NCBI RefSeq assembly: GCF_000315625.1
Contig: NW_005434615.1
Location: 316,852-380,851, forward strand
Reading direction: 5' to 3'
Source: Guillardia theta CCMP2712
Taxonomy: Eukaryota > Protista > Cryptophyta
DNA: 64,000 nucleotides
A program made the position numbers and the translations under genes. Positions 41,501 to 52,604 of this stretch are shown one piece after another (positions within the stretch are counted from its first letter, which is position 1; every line of letters starts with the position of its first letter). The notes below the pieces were generated by a model, which was not told the DNA's origin, did not search any database, and worked only from the letters and a program-made list of their open reading frames with translations.

Positions 41501-43576
41501 GACTGTAACTTGTCCAGAGACAAAGAGTGAGGATCCTTTGATGGCAACGGTGGGCTCAGGACTTAACGGACAACCCACGACTCCCAAGGAAGGTTGCGAC
41601 AGAACTGTCAATCTCTCTGGCGAATAAGTTCCAAAGCTTGGAGATGAGATCGAGTATGAGTTAGTAGGGCAGCTGGCTGTTTCGCACTTGAATGAAAATA
41701 TGAGCTGAAGACTGTTCCCGAGCCCGTTCACAGCGAGATTTTTGAATTCCGCAACGCCCATCACCAGTTGTTGTGAACATTGGGCCGACACAACATTGTT
41801 GCACATGATTCGAGCGTTTTGTTGGTTCGCTGCAATGCTTACTGTTACTGACGAGCTGCTCGTGGATGCCATGTTCCCATATTTATCCAATGCCACAAGT
41901 TTCGGGTAAGGGTACAACACCCCACCATAAGTGCAGCTCTGTACACCGGAAGTGACCAATAAACACGTTGCTTGCGAAGGGAAACTATCTATTTTCAACA
42001 TACTGGCAGCAGCAGGCTGCACCTGGAAGGAGTTGGTGATGGCCATCAGTGACATGGAATAAATTCTCAATGAAAACGTGCCAATGGAGGTCAAGCATGC
42101 ACTGTCGAAGGTTACCAAACCTGCACTCGACATACGAGAAGCAAGAGGCGAGGAAGGACATGAGTTACTTGTAGCTTGAGTAACTAGGTTGCCTGCTTGA
42201 TCAACAACAACTATATACACGGGGATCTGATCTGCAGCTTGAACAACATTTCCAAACTCATCAACGAATGACGCGACCAACATGATGCTTGCAGTCTCAC
42301 TTGCTGTCAACAGCGCAGGAGGCTGCTGGACGACGTCCAACCGAGTCACTGCATCAAATGGCATCACCGAGAACAGAGGGCTTTCCACTGAGGCGATGTA
42401 TCCTGTATTACAAGATCCTCCAGCAGACGGCAGGTAAGCATGGAAAACGATCTTATAGCCAGCCTTTGCTTTGTTTATGCGCAGATCCGTGAAGCTGACA
42501 ACTCCATTTATCGAATTTGAGACGTTTTGACTGTATGGCTCAAAGGCAAAGTCCTGAAAACCACCAGCCGAGCTGAGCTTCAGCTGCGCGCAGACTTGTA
42601 CGTTATCTATTGGAACGGAGTTGTCGTACTGATCTACCAGCGCCAATCGCACGGGATACTTGGCCGTAGAAAGGACGCAAGTCTTTGAGTTCGACTGCTC
42701 ACAAACCTCTCCCAGTGCCAACCCAGCTTGAGCAACATCAGCCGGCGGGAACGACGTCACCAAGAGCGAGCGAACTACTTGCGCTGGCGCTGGGAATGAG
42801 ATCATCGTGAGCATGGAGGGGTAGATATCTGAATTCTCGTATGTACAGTGAGTCTCTGAGATCCCATAGCAGGAAATAAACATGATGCTGTGATCTTGGG
42901 AAGTTGCAGTCAAAACGAGGTCGGTGAACACAGCCTTGCCTTGGCTGGGCCAAACCCTTGTCGTTCCCTTCAACTGCAAGCTCTTGGGAATATGGCAGGA
43001 TACAGCATAGTCGTAGTCGGTCGAAGACTCCCATCCTCTCACGCCGAGGTAACTGACAATCTTTTCAACTTGAATCACGACTTGAAACGGGGTCCCCACG
43101 GTGAGGGTCCGGGGGCTGCTGATCACCGAGAGACGACCGTAGGCGACATCGATGACATCAGAAAGTGCGAAGGTGGAGTTGAAGATTGAGTTTGCTGTAC
43201 AACCTTCGCCATGGAATCTGATAGTGTAATCTCGACCTGGCAGAGTCACGCCAACGTCGGTGAAAGAAGCCGTCCCAGAAATGACATCTGCCCTAGTGCT
43301 GCCTAACAGCTCCGCACAGGTGGGATTGTTGCTCAACGAAGCTATCACGTACCTGCATTGAGCAGGAACAACAACTACAGGTTGACTGCGAAACGCCACA
43401 CCTGCCACTTCCAATATCCTCCCCTTCGTAAATGTACCATCCTCTGCCTTCCACATCGAGCAATTCGAGCAAAGATGGCCGACAAAGGGAGTCGCCTGCA
43501 CATGATCTTGGGCTGAGAGCAGGAAGAGGAGAGATAGAAGGATGGACCCGTCCTGGAGCTGCAGCTTGTGCCTCAT
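17593..43576 (-). CDS. Giant (roughly 8000 aa) single-pass surface protein: signal peptide, dozens of Ig-like repeats, Cys-rich module, C-type lectin, EAR/EPTP propeller, REJ, GPS-like, EGF, TM (polycystin-1/adhesion-receptor-like)
   Basis: Colinear minus-strand ORFs (4056, 1604, 250, 645, 429, 606, 119, 135 aa and small ones) are separated by short GT-AG gaps. Signal peptide SILLSLLFLLSA; repeat QPxVxLxDxxGN...GxAxFxDL; CLECT at ~25935-26270; REJ PVAVLQGGDR..LLDASGSY and PRPGEFVVSPTSGMAFSTRF; CVYFD...WTTAG GPS-like motif; EGF CSGHGTC/CSGNGRC; TM GWFIVIGIPALLLVSSVGCLCY. Confidence 0.75.
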
Positions 43577-43854
43577 CCTACCGAGCGAGCTCCTCCCCTC
43601 CCTACTCACCATCCCTCCCTCTCATTTGCTTGTCAATTCAGCGCCCCTTGGGACCAATATCCATACCCCTCGTCCCCACTCATATCCGCCGGCGTTCCGA
43701 AGTTCCGATTTTCCGGGCCCGGGACTCTGCAGTCACTGAACACTGAGCCTGCAGTCACTGTGGCCGCAGCCCATGGTGCCAGGCTGCGGCCCGGGCTGCC
43801 CCGGATCGTATCTCGGCGGCTGAGTCACAGTTCCAGTGCCGGTGACCAGCCTGA

Positions 43855-43988
43855 GTGGCAGTGGCAGTGGCAGTGGCAGTGGCGGCAGTGGCAGTGGCAG
43901 TCACTGAGTGGCAGTGGCAGTGGCAGTGGCAGTGGCAGTGGCAGTGGCAGTGGCAGTGGCAGTGGCAGTGGCAGTGGCAGTGGCAGTG
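43855..43988. repeat. (GGCAGT)n hexamer microsatellite within a GC-rich intergenic tract
   Basis: About 20 units, interrupted once by CAGTCACTGAGT. Confidence 0.95.
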
Positions 43989-44067
43989 CCCGGCCAGTGC
44001 CACTGGAACTAGTGTCAAACGGGAATTCAAGGATCAGCCGCTGTCACACAAGGGCGGCGAATTCGAG

Positions 44068-45300
44068 TCAGAAAACTGATTTAATGCTCTCAACATATTC
44101 TTCAGCTATAGTTTCCAACCTTCGAGCTTCCTCTTTCCCAGTTAGCAGTTCAAACATGTATTGATTCTCTGCACTGCTTGACATATCCTTGTCGGCATCA
44201 TTGGCTTCCTTCCTCACAAAGTTCATCAGCTTATCTGAGTCAGAGGTTGATTCCGAGACAGCATCATATTCGATCACTTTGTCACCGTGCTCGATTCCAT
44301 ATTCGCTCTTTTTTGTGAGCTTCATCTTGTGCGACCTAACTCCTCCCCTTTTTCGTTTGGGAGGAAGCAATGACGAACGTTTGTTTGAGTACTGCTTGAC
44401 CAGTTCATGGTCACTCAAAACCAAAGGCTCTGCAGCTTCCAAGTCCTCTTTACGATTCCCCTCCATCGTGGAATCATTCAACTCCGTGCTTTCTGTTTCA
44501 CTACAGTTGGAAGAATGCTCTAGGTACCGCTCAAAATCCCTTGGATGAGACACCTTACCATTCGGATGGAATTCATACGGAATGAGTGATGGTAGCTCTG
44601 CCACTTGTAGCACATTCAATGGGAGCACCAACCCGACCGTGTCTGAGCGCAACAGAGGTTTCATGAAAGCAAGGGCATGCCTCTCACAGCAAGCGCCTGT
44701 GGCGTTTCGATACAGAACTGACCACTCCAATTTCAGGTCAACGCCCTTTTCTCGATACTCTATCAACGCAGTTTGATCGAAAGTCATGAGTTCTAACAGC
44801 ACAAGCCCAGCATGAAGGTTTCCGTATTGCACAGCCATATTGTACGCGTCAAACCCGAAGACAGTCTTTGCATTGATGTCAGCTCCTGCCCTCAACAGTA
44901 GCAGAATGCATTCAACGCTCCCGTACACAGCAGCAATATGCAATGGCCTAAAGCCCAATCGATTTGGCTGATTGATGTTCGCCTGATGCTTAATCAGGAG
45001 TAAGGTAGTGTTGACTAAATTTCTTTGTACTGCATGAAAAAGAGGAGAGCAGAAGAAGTGCCGAGCATCCAGAATGTTAGGGTTGGCGCCTTGTTGAACG
45101 AGGGTTCTGGCCTCTTGTAGAGCCACGCGATCTTCTGAATGGCAGCATATCTCCTGAAGCTGCTTGCTCAAGTCTTGGCTTCCACCATGCATACTCCCAA
45201 CCCCGTGACGAAAGCCATGGATAGAGGAGGCAACAAGAAAGATTGGTTGTGCTAGAATCAGGAAAATGTGGAGAAGAGAGAGGGAGCCATTTGCTCTCAT
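44068..45300 (-). CDS. Ankyrin-repeat protein with an N-terminal hydrophobic signal-like segment and acidic tail
   Basis: LVQQGANPN..SPLFHAV; RPLHIAAVYGSVECILLLLRAGADINAKT; N-terminus LLHIFLILAQPIFLVA. Confidence 0.8.
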   Translation of the reverse strand: MRANGSLSLLHIFLILAQPIFLVASSIHGFRHGVGSMHGGSQDLSKQLQEICCHSEDRVALQEARTLVQQGANPNILDARHFFCSPLFHAVQRNLVNTTLLLIKHQANINQPNRLGFRPLHIAAVYGSVECILLLLRAGADINAKTVFGFDAYNMAVQYGNLHAGLVLLELMTFDQTALIEYREKGVDLKLEWSVLYRNATGACCERHALAFMKPLLRSDTVGLVLPLNVLQVAELPSLIPYEFHPNGKVSHPRDFERYLEHSSNCSETESTELNDSTMEGNRKEDLEAAEPLVLSDHELVKQYSNKRSSLLPPKRKRGGVRSHKMKLTKKSEYGIEHGDKVIEYDAVSESTSDSDKLMNFVRKEANDADKDMSSSAENQYMFELLTGKEEARRLETIAEEYVESIKSVF

Positions 45301-45409
45301 CAGGATTATGAGAATATGGCAAAAACTTCATGATGGGAGTGCGAGGACATCTTCAAGTTACATCTCTCGATTCTTATCCCTTCACTGCGACTCCTCCGCG
45401 CATCCCCGA

Positions 45410-46100
45410 ATCCGCTACCCGTTGATAACCCCACCCCATCTTCCTCGGCGAGTATTATCATCACCCCTCATTCTGACCTTTTGAGCCCTACCCATATAGC
45501 ATTACCAGCGCCACCCTACCCTCCCATTGATGGACGAAAAACAAGACCAGGTCGTGGGGGTGGGTTTTCCGCTGTACATCTCTGGGGGTATACGACAATC
45601 ATTTTGGGGGTAGGGGTGACATGAATCAAGACGCAGAGGTGGTCTAAGGGGTGGGTGGTGAAACGGGGGGTTGAGGGTTCATCCAAAGGAGGAGGTCACT
45701 GCAAACCTAGTTGGAAGGGTGGGTGATGTTTGCGGAAAATGGGGGGTGGGGATGTACACCTAAGCATATTCGGGTCCGAAGTAGGGTAGGGTATATTAGG
45801 TTAGCTAATCACGTTTTCTGATGGTAGAATGGTAGAGAATGGAGAAAGAGGGGGTGGGATTACTATTGAAAACTTTAGTTAAAACGTATGGGTTGCACGC
45901 GGGGGTAGGGCTACATATTAATGTTTTGGGTAGGGTAGGGTTATATGGGATACTCCTGAGGCAGGGTCTGCCTCTCTTACATAGATGGATAAAATAGGGG
46001 GTAGGGGGTGAATGTAATATAAATGTGAACGCAGTCTGGGGGGTGGGGGTGTAGATGAAGAGAAAAGGGTGGGGGGTAGGGGTCGGGTAGACGCACCGAG
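45410..46100. promoter_or_regulatory. TACCC/GGGTA-rich divergent intergenic region (putative promoter or G4 tract)
   Basis: The + strand is C-rich next to the minus-strand gene and switches to GGGTAGGG-rich toward the plus-strand gene. Similar tracts precede most genes in the window. Confidence 0.4.
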
Positions 46101-46797
46101 CCAATAATGAAGGGCATGCGGTGAAAGGGAGGAAGGAGGAAGGAGGAAGAGAGGAGGGAGGGGACGAGGTCGCACGATGAAGATGAGCAGCGAGTGTAAT
46201 GATACTATCTTGGTAGAGGAGAAACTTGCATCCGTTCTCACCAGCCAAAAGCGTGGGAAATAGCACCGTGCTGCACTGAAATTTGAAAACTGAACAGAGG
46301 AGGGTGGATTACTTGCTGCTGAGATGAGTTTTCATAACATTAGTTGATCGAATAGATTCGATGATATAGAAAGATATCCTTCTGTACATCTGAAATGCAT
46401 GCTGAAGTTGACCTTTGTTAGAAACATCTCTAGCGACAAGAAATTACATCGCGCATCAGGAGACTAGAAAGACAAACCCTGTTCTTTGGTTGGTTAGCAG
46501 GAGAATAGAGGTGCAGTCGTGCGATTCAGACTCATTGTCGGTGGAATTCGCTTTTTTGTCTGTGCCGCAATTATGGTAGAAAGCTTTCTATGCACTGTCG
46601 ATGCATGATGCATGAACTTGGCCTCAAGGGGTAAATCTCTTGGCTCACTTTGTTCTCCTGCAGAACAGGCTCGTTTTCTCATGGGAAGAAGTCTATCACA
46701 GCATCGAGTGGGATTGATGGGGAGAATAACATGCACCAGTTTCGGTGAGTGATCGCTTGCTTGCCTTGGCGTACTGCCGCCCTCAAAGGAGGCTTCG

Positions 46798-48688
46798 ATG
46801 TGGCGGAATGCTGCTGAGGACACGGGAGGGGGAATGCGAGTCGGGGGGGAGAAACGACCGCTCCGTCAGGATCTTCAAGATTATGATCCGAGGCAGAGAC
46901 GGAGAACGGATGAAGTGAAATATCCGGATCACCAGTGGGATGATAAGGATGGACATTATATGATAACTTTGGGAGAGTCGTTGCTCCCAAGGTACAAGAT
47001 TCTCAAAGTGATAGGGGAAGGAACCTTCGGCAAGGTGACCCAGTGCTGGGATCGGCACGAGAAGAAGTATGTTGCGATCAAGATCATCAAAAGCATACAG
47101 AAGTACCGGGATGCAGCCAAGGTAGAAATCAGCATTCTCAAAGACATTGAGAGGAAAGACAAGAATGGGACAAGGTGTTTTTTCAAAATCCCGTGTGCTC
47201 GAAGGGCTCAGTGACTTGTTCTTTGCCAGTGGATGCATTAGAATGCTGGAAGCTTTTGACTTCCGAGGGCACTTCTGCCTCGTGTTCGACTTGCTGGGCA
47301 TGAGTATGTACGACTTCTTGAGGTGTAGACAGCTCCTAGAGCTTTCAGCTTTCATTGACTTCAATTCAGGCAAAATTCTTACCGTCCATTCTCTTTGAAT
47401 GAGGTGCAGATATTTGGGAAACAGATACTCAACGCCGTTTCATTTCTGCACAACATGGGTTTAATTCACACCGATCTCAAGTTGGAAAATGTGCTGCTCG
47501 TAAATTCCGACTGGCAATATCATCGGCACGCAGTTCATGGTCGTTCCAGGGTGGTGAAGAGGAAGGATGTAGTTGTGATTGATCTTGGAAGTGCGATCTA
47601 TGAGAAAGATCATCACGCAACCGTCGTGTCCACTCGACACTATCGTGCGCCCGAAGTTGTTCTCGGTTTGTTCACGCTATGTATCAACATGCTAGCTTAC
47701 TCTGCCCGTCTGCTGCAGGGATGGGTTGGTCTTTTCCATGTGACCTCTGGAGCGTGGGCTGCATCCTCTTGGAGTTGTTCACTGGCGAAGCAACCTTCCA
47801 AACACACGAGAACATGGAGCACCTCGCTATGATGGAGAAGATATTCGGAAAGATTCCGCTTCACATTGTCTCGCGTGTAGAGTGAGTTCTCTCTCATGCA
47901 ATCCTTGCTCTCCTGCTTTGCTGTTGATATGTCGCAAAGCGATATTCCATGCTGCATGCGAATCGATTCTCCCTTCTTGACCGCTCTGTCGCTTCTCACA
48001 TATGTTTTCCTCTGCAAATTCGTTGTCAGCAGCCGCAAAGAGTCTGGTCGATACTTCAGCGACAGTGGCGAACTTCGGTGGTCGGAGGAGGCGACGCAGG
48101 ACAGTGTGCGAGCAGTGGAGAAGTTGAAGCCGTTGAAGGTTTGTGTTGCCTTTCCTCTGCTATTTGCTCAGCGCGATGTTCAGAGCATGTTCGATCTGAG
48201 CCGAGAGGATCATCGTCAATTCTACGACCTTTGCAGGGAGCTGATGATCTTGGATCCCAACTCAAGTGCGTTGCCTCCCTTTCCCCCCCAACCCCCATAA
48301 GTTTCAAACCTCTTTGAGCTGATGCTTTCGACTCGTCAACAGGAATGACTGCCAGCGCCTCCCTCAATCATCCGTTCTTCCAGCTCAACATCGAGCCAGA
48401 CTTCACGGACCTCACCCTCCTTCAATATCCCGATGCACCCATCCCTCCCTCCACCATGCCTGCTCCTCCAGGCCACGTCCCAGGAAAGATCAACTCAACC
48501 CAGGTCCCACGGAATACAGCGAGTGAGACTCTCCTTCAGCAGAATCCAAGGTGAGAAATGCTCCTGTCTCCCCGCTTCTCTTGTCCCCTTGCTAACCCTC
48601 CTCCGCTTCTGCTGTCGCCGTATGATTGTTGCTATCTATGCTTCCTCGCTTGCTCCTATTTCCTTGGTCTTGCAGTAGCAAGAGCTGA
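46798..48688 (+). CDS. LAMMER (CLK/AFC) dual-specificity protein kinase, multi-exon; additional 5' exons likely upstream
   Basis: DDKDGHY; GEGTFGKV; [15 protein letters not shown]; [10 protein letters not shown]; [13 protein letters not shown]; [16 protein letters not shown]. Confidence 0.93.
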
Positions 48689-48999
48689 GCGTGTGTTGCA
48701 GCTTCCATGCAGGACTGCCTGCTGGCGGCTCGGAGACTTCAGGAAAGAGTTGGCTGCCGCAAGACATTAACGTGAGAGGAGGCAAAGTTGAGGCTTGCGA
48801 TGACATGTTTGCAGGCATAGGACGAGCAGAAGAGAATAGAGGAGCATTTGCGTCGATGGGGGGTCAGCATTGCAGAGACTGGGGCTGAGGGTGTGAGAGT
48901 GCATGGAACTTGGCCAACATGCAGAGGGGGAGAGGCTGTTCACATACAGGAGGAGCTCTTTATTGATTAAAACACTTAAAGTTGTTCAGAGGTTCTCAA

Positions 49000-50325
49000 C
49001 TAGAGCAAGAGGCTCGCGAGCTTCATCGTCCGCTCACGCCCAGAGCTCGCCTTCGTCTCTTTCACGAGACCTTCGGCCCTCAGCGCTGCTTCCGTGCTCC
49101 CCGTGTTGCTTCCCAACCTCATGAGGCGGGCCTCGAGCTGTGACCTTCTCGGCATGAAGCATGTGTCTCTGCCCCTCCGCGCTAATCCGCTCCCTCCATC
49201 GCGTGCTCCGCCCATGGCTCCGTGCACCGCAAGGGCTGTACCTAGCAGCAGCATGGCCTTAGATCTCCATGAGGAGCTGCACCCCTCGAAAGCGCCGTCA
49301 GCCTGAAGCGGCTGATCCGGACAGCAGATAGAAGGCATCCATGCCACGTCAAGGTCTAGCCTCATCCACCCCCTTTGAACTGACAGAGCAGATAGCCAAG
49401 ACCACAGCCCGAGCGTCTCATGCTCCACTACCTCGAGCCCCAACCCGAAGCTTCCTTGAAGCATGTCGTCGAGGATTGGCAGCATCTCCTGCCCCGGTTT
49501 CCCTGCCGAGCTCAGTCTGCGATGCAGCGCTAGAGCGTTGTGCTCTCTAACCCCTTTACAAGAGGGGCTGGAAGGAATTGAGACCTTTGCGACGTCGAAC
49601 GAGTCCGCTGGTCTTCTTGAACATCTTCTTGGGCAACCGATCTTGTTCTTGCACGAGGAGACTTGAGAGCTTCCTCGATGAGCTCTGGCCCTTGCCTTCT
49701 CTTTCTGGCAGGAGATCTTGACTGGATGCGGAACAACGCAGAGTTTCTCGTTGCTCGCAGGTGCTGAGCAAGTCCCATCCCTCTCAGTCTGGCTCGACTG
49801 ATCCATTGTCTGCACGCTGGACATGGACGATTCGTTCGCCCTCCGATGCGCTGCGATATCTGCCTGGACGCCCATGGAAGCTGAGCCATGCACGTCAACT
49901 TCGTTTCTCCTGGTGAGGCGAGGAACAAGATCCTTCACAGTGCTGGCAGCATCTATGTAGCGCTCCCACCACGTCGTTCTCTGCTGCGTGACATCAGCGA
50001 GCTCCTCCTTCAGTGCCGATATCTCGTTTCTCCTCTCCTTCAGCAGACCATGAAGGTGCTCGCGTTCGTCAATGAGGATCTCGATTACACGGACTTGCCC
50101 GTTCCTCTCTTCCATGACCTTCCTGATTCTGCTTGACAGTCGTTGTTTGATACTCTTCTTGCAGTCCTCGTCTTGCTTGTTGTGAACATAATTCACTGCC
50201 GCCATGACTGCGGCGCTGGAGGCTACTCCTGCAGCAAAGGACACTAGCCCTGCGCAACCATAGTCACACAAAGTTAGCAAGGCATATTTCATCTCACCAT
50301 CAAGGCCATTCGTGGCAAACGGCAT
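49000..50325 (-). CDS. Hypothetical protein with an N-terminal hydrophobic segment and coiled coil
   Basis: 441-aa ORF; hydrophobic AGLVSFAAGVASSAAVMAAV followed by heptad-like EK-rich segment; no family recognised; may contain introns. Confidence 0.55.
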   Translation of the reverse strand: MPFATNGLDGEMKYALLTLCDYGCAGLVSFAAGVASSAAVMAAVNYVHNKQDEDCKKSIKQRLSSRIRKVMEERNGQVRVIEILIDEREHLHGLLKERRNEISALKEELADVTQQRTTWWERYIDAASTVKDLVPRLTRRNEVDVHGSASMGVQADIAAHRRANESSMSSVQTMDQSSQTERDGTCSAPASNEKLCVVPHPVKISCQKEKARARAHRGSSQVSSCKNKIGCPRRCSRRPADSFDVAKVSIPSSPSCKGVREHNALALHRRLSSAGKPGQEMLPILDDMLQGSFGLGLEVVEHETLGLWSWLSALSVQRGWMRLDLDVAWMPSICCPDQPLQADGAFEGCSSSWRSKAMLLLGTALAVHGAMGGARDGGSGLARRGRDTCFMPRRSQLEARLMRLGSNTGSTEAALRAEGLVKETKASSGRERTMKLASLLL

Positions 50326-50949
50326 GTCTTCGAGTGCAATCAGACAGGCCTTCGCTTCTCGCTTGTTCTCCTTCCCTTCCTCTCCCGCCCCCCTCCCACT
50401 TTTATCTCCACTCTCCCCTCGCCCCCCTGTATCTCAAACCGCACCCATACCCCCTGTATTTCCACCCAGAGAGCCTTTCGACCCCTGATTCTTGTACCAC
50501 TACCCTCTCTGAAACCTATTTGTACCAAATTACCCCTCACTATACCTATTTGAGTACCCACTAATTCTCACACATTCTACCTGTACCCCACCATCAAGTA
50601 CCCCACTCCCCATAAGTTTCCGACTACCCCGGAGATCTAAAAACTAATTGCTCGAGTTTCGATAGGAACCCCCACCCTACCTTGTTACCGGCGTCACCAG
50701 TAGAAAGAGGAGGGTACGGTCAGCCTCAGTCGTATCGATAGGTGTTAACTTATCAAATTATCTGAATCGTTGTGAAATCAAAACGTTTCACACTTTATGA
50801 AGGGGCGGTACGTGCATTTCTGAAGCAGGCTCGCCTCAAGGAGTTATGAAGGTCCCACCAGGCCATCTCTCCACCGAACTTCCGGGGCACACCCAAGGTC
50901 AGCGATTTACTAAGTGGCTGATTAATAGATTCACGGTGTCCTCAATCGC

Positions 50950-51480
50950 GGCAATCGCCTCCGGACCCCTCAGCCAGGGCACTGTCAGCGGCTCTGAGAT
51001 CGGACGTGAGTCCCGCTTTGGACTCGGCAATCTCCTTACATGGCCGATGACTCAACGTAAACGTCTCAATATGATTACTGACTCAATAAGCCTTAATCTG
51101 TCCGACGGTACGCCGCTGCGACTCCGCGGGCTGCCGCGCGGCGTGTGGGCATGCGGCGCCGCGGGGCCCCCGGGACGCCCGGCATTCTGGCCGGCGCGCC
51201 GGGCGGGGGCCCTCGCGCCTCTCATCATCCGACCGTGACTGGCATCATCGGCGGGCCTAGCCCGGAGTCGGAGGCTCCTCACTGTCAGGCTGCCAGTGCG
51301 GCGGCCCGGCTGACTCGGACTGAGCCGCTCGCCGTCGGAGATCGGCGGACCGAGGCTCAAGCTGCTTCCCGGCTTGTACGGTCACTGTGATCGGACTCCG
51401 GGCTTCAACGACTGAGGCTTCAAGGCTCATCATCATACTTTGAAGCCTGGCACACGGGTCACCCGGTTGCAAGCCTTGAA
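50950..51480. repeat. GC-rich intergenic tract (GACTC/GAGTC/GGCCCGG vocabulary)
   Basis: Same word set as 1970-2240; ORFs here are low-complexity R/A/P/G. Confidence 0.5.
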
Positions 51481-51963
51481 GCAGCCTACGGCTTGATAGT
51501 ATTTAAGTTTGATTAAAGAAGCTCCCCGTGGGTTGTTATCAACATCACAATCTGACACTGACAGCGACAAGAGTGAATTCCCTGTTGCCAAACACAAGGG
51601 AGAACAGCACCACCCAGCTGTTACGACGATGATCCTTATGTAGTCAGAAGGAGGAAGCAGGGATAGGGTCTCCTCGGAAGATGACTAAGTCATTTAGACT
51701 GTTCTGAAGCTGGACATTTGCCATAACCCACAGATGTGTGTGAGAGGAGATGTCTTGTATCTCCATCAAAACAGTAAGCTAACAGAATAATTATGTTCTT
51801 TAGATATTTCACAAGGAGATCTCTTCCTCCCAGCTCGAGCTGCCTCATCACCCCTGCTGTGAACATGGGGCCCCTTGTCATTGCTACCCCGCTCGCCTTC
51901 CATCCTTCATGGCACCTTGCTCGATCTCCAGCTGTCTGTCTCTGTCTTGATGTTTCTCCTACG

Positions 51964-52604
51964 CTAGATCCTTCTCTCACATCGCTTACCCGAACGTCTT
52001 ACAGTAGCGACAGCAAAGATCAGAACCTCGAGTACCTCATCGTACTTGTTCGGTTCCAACTCGTCAAATTTCGGCAGCTTGTTGGGCGTGTCCTGCCAGT
52101 TCCACTCGATGTCTTCCAGCTGACCCATCAGAAGGAACTTCCGCCAGATCTCACGAAGCTATGGCAAGCAAGGAAGTGCTTCATCCTCGCGAAACTCCGT
52201 GTCCTCGAACAAGCCCTCTTCTCGGTTCCTTGTACAGCGCCGCATGCTCACTGCGTGAATCCCCCGAGCTCGGGTCTGCAGGGCTTGTGCTCGCTCACTC
52301 CATCTCTCTGTCGTATGCACATGGAGGCTGTAGCGCTCGAGGACGTTGTCGCCGACTTTGAAGACGTACATTCTCTGATTCAAGCTCTCCTCCCAGCAGT
52401 CCTTGTAGGGGAAGTCAACCACGCTTGAGAGGATGACTTGTCTTGCTCTGAAGCTCGATACTGACAGCCTCCAGGAATCTTCAGGTTTTGATTCGGGGGG
52501 AGCTCTTAAAGCCTTTTAACAGAAGCTTCTATTGCTGCCATCCTAGCTTCTCCTGCTCCAAGTGTTCCTTGCCGGCTGTCGGGTGTGCGTATATAGGGCT
52601 GAAA
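51964..52604 (-). pseudogene. Decayed cassette: duplicated linker (FQPYIRTPD) followed by a paralog of the N-terminal domain of the upstream CHAT-helicase gene
   Basis: VVDFPYKD..LNQRMYVFKVGDNVLERYSLHVHTTERWSER..LP*LREIWRK..DIEWNW aligns by eye to VVDFPFRD..LLERAWFFKINGDLDKRFVLHGHTFMRWSQR..EQLKQSWK..DIKWKW. It has an in-frame TAG at 52159-52161 and a frame break after the linker. Confidence 0.7.

Noticed and set aside
17635-43189. Numerous plus-strand and off-frame ORFs over the giant gene
   Set aside because: Antisense or frame shadows of long coding exons
31442-43612. Bacterial contamination or insertion suggested by the 12-kb uninterrupted ORF
   Set aside because: It continues through spliceosomal introns into eukaryotic REJ/EGF exons and has the same upstream motifs as host genes
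43568-44164. (HC)n, (WQ)n and (GS)n ORFs
   Set aside because: Translations of an intergenic GGCAGT microsatellite; no other coding signal
50846-51472. R/A/P/G-rich ORFs, possible transposon
   Set aside because: GC-rich low-complexity tract; no transposase or RT motifs, and no terminal repeats or target-site duplication identified
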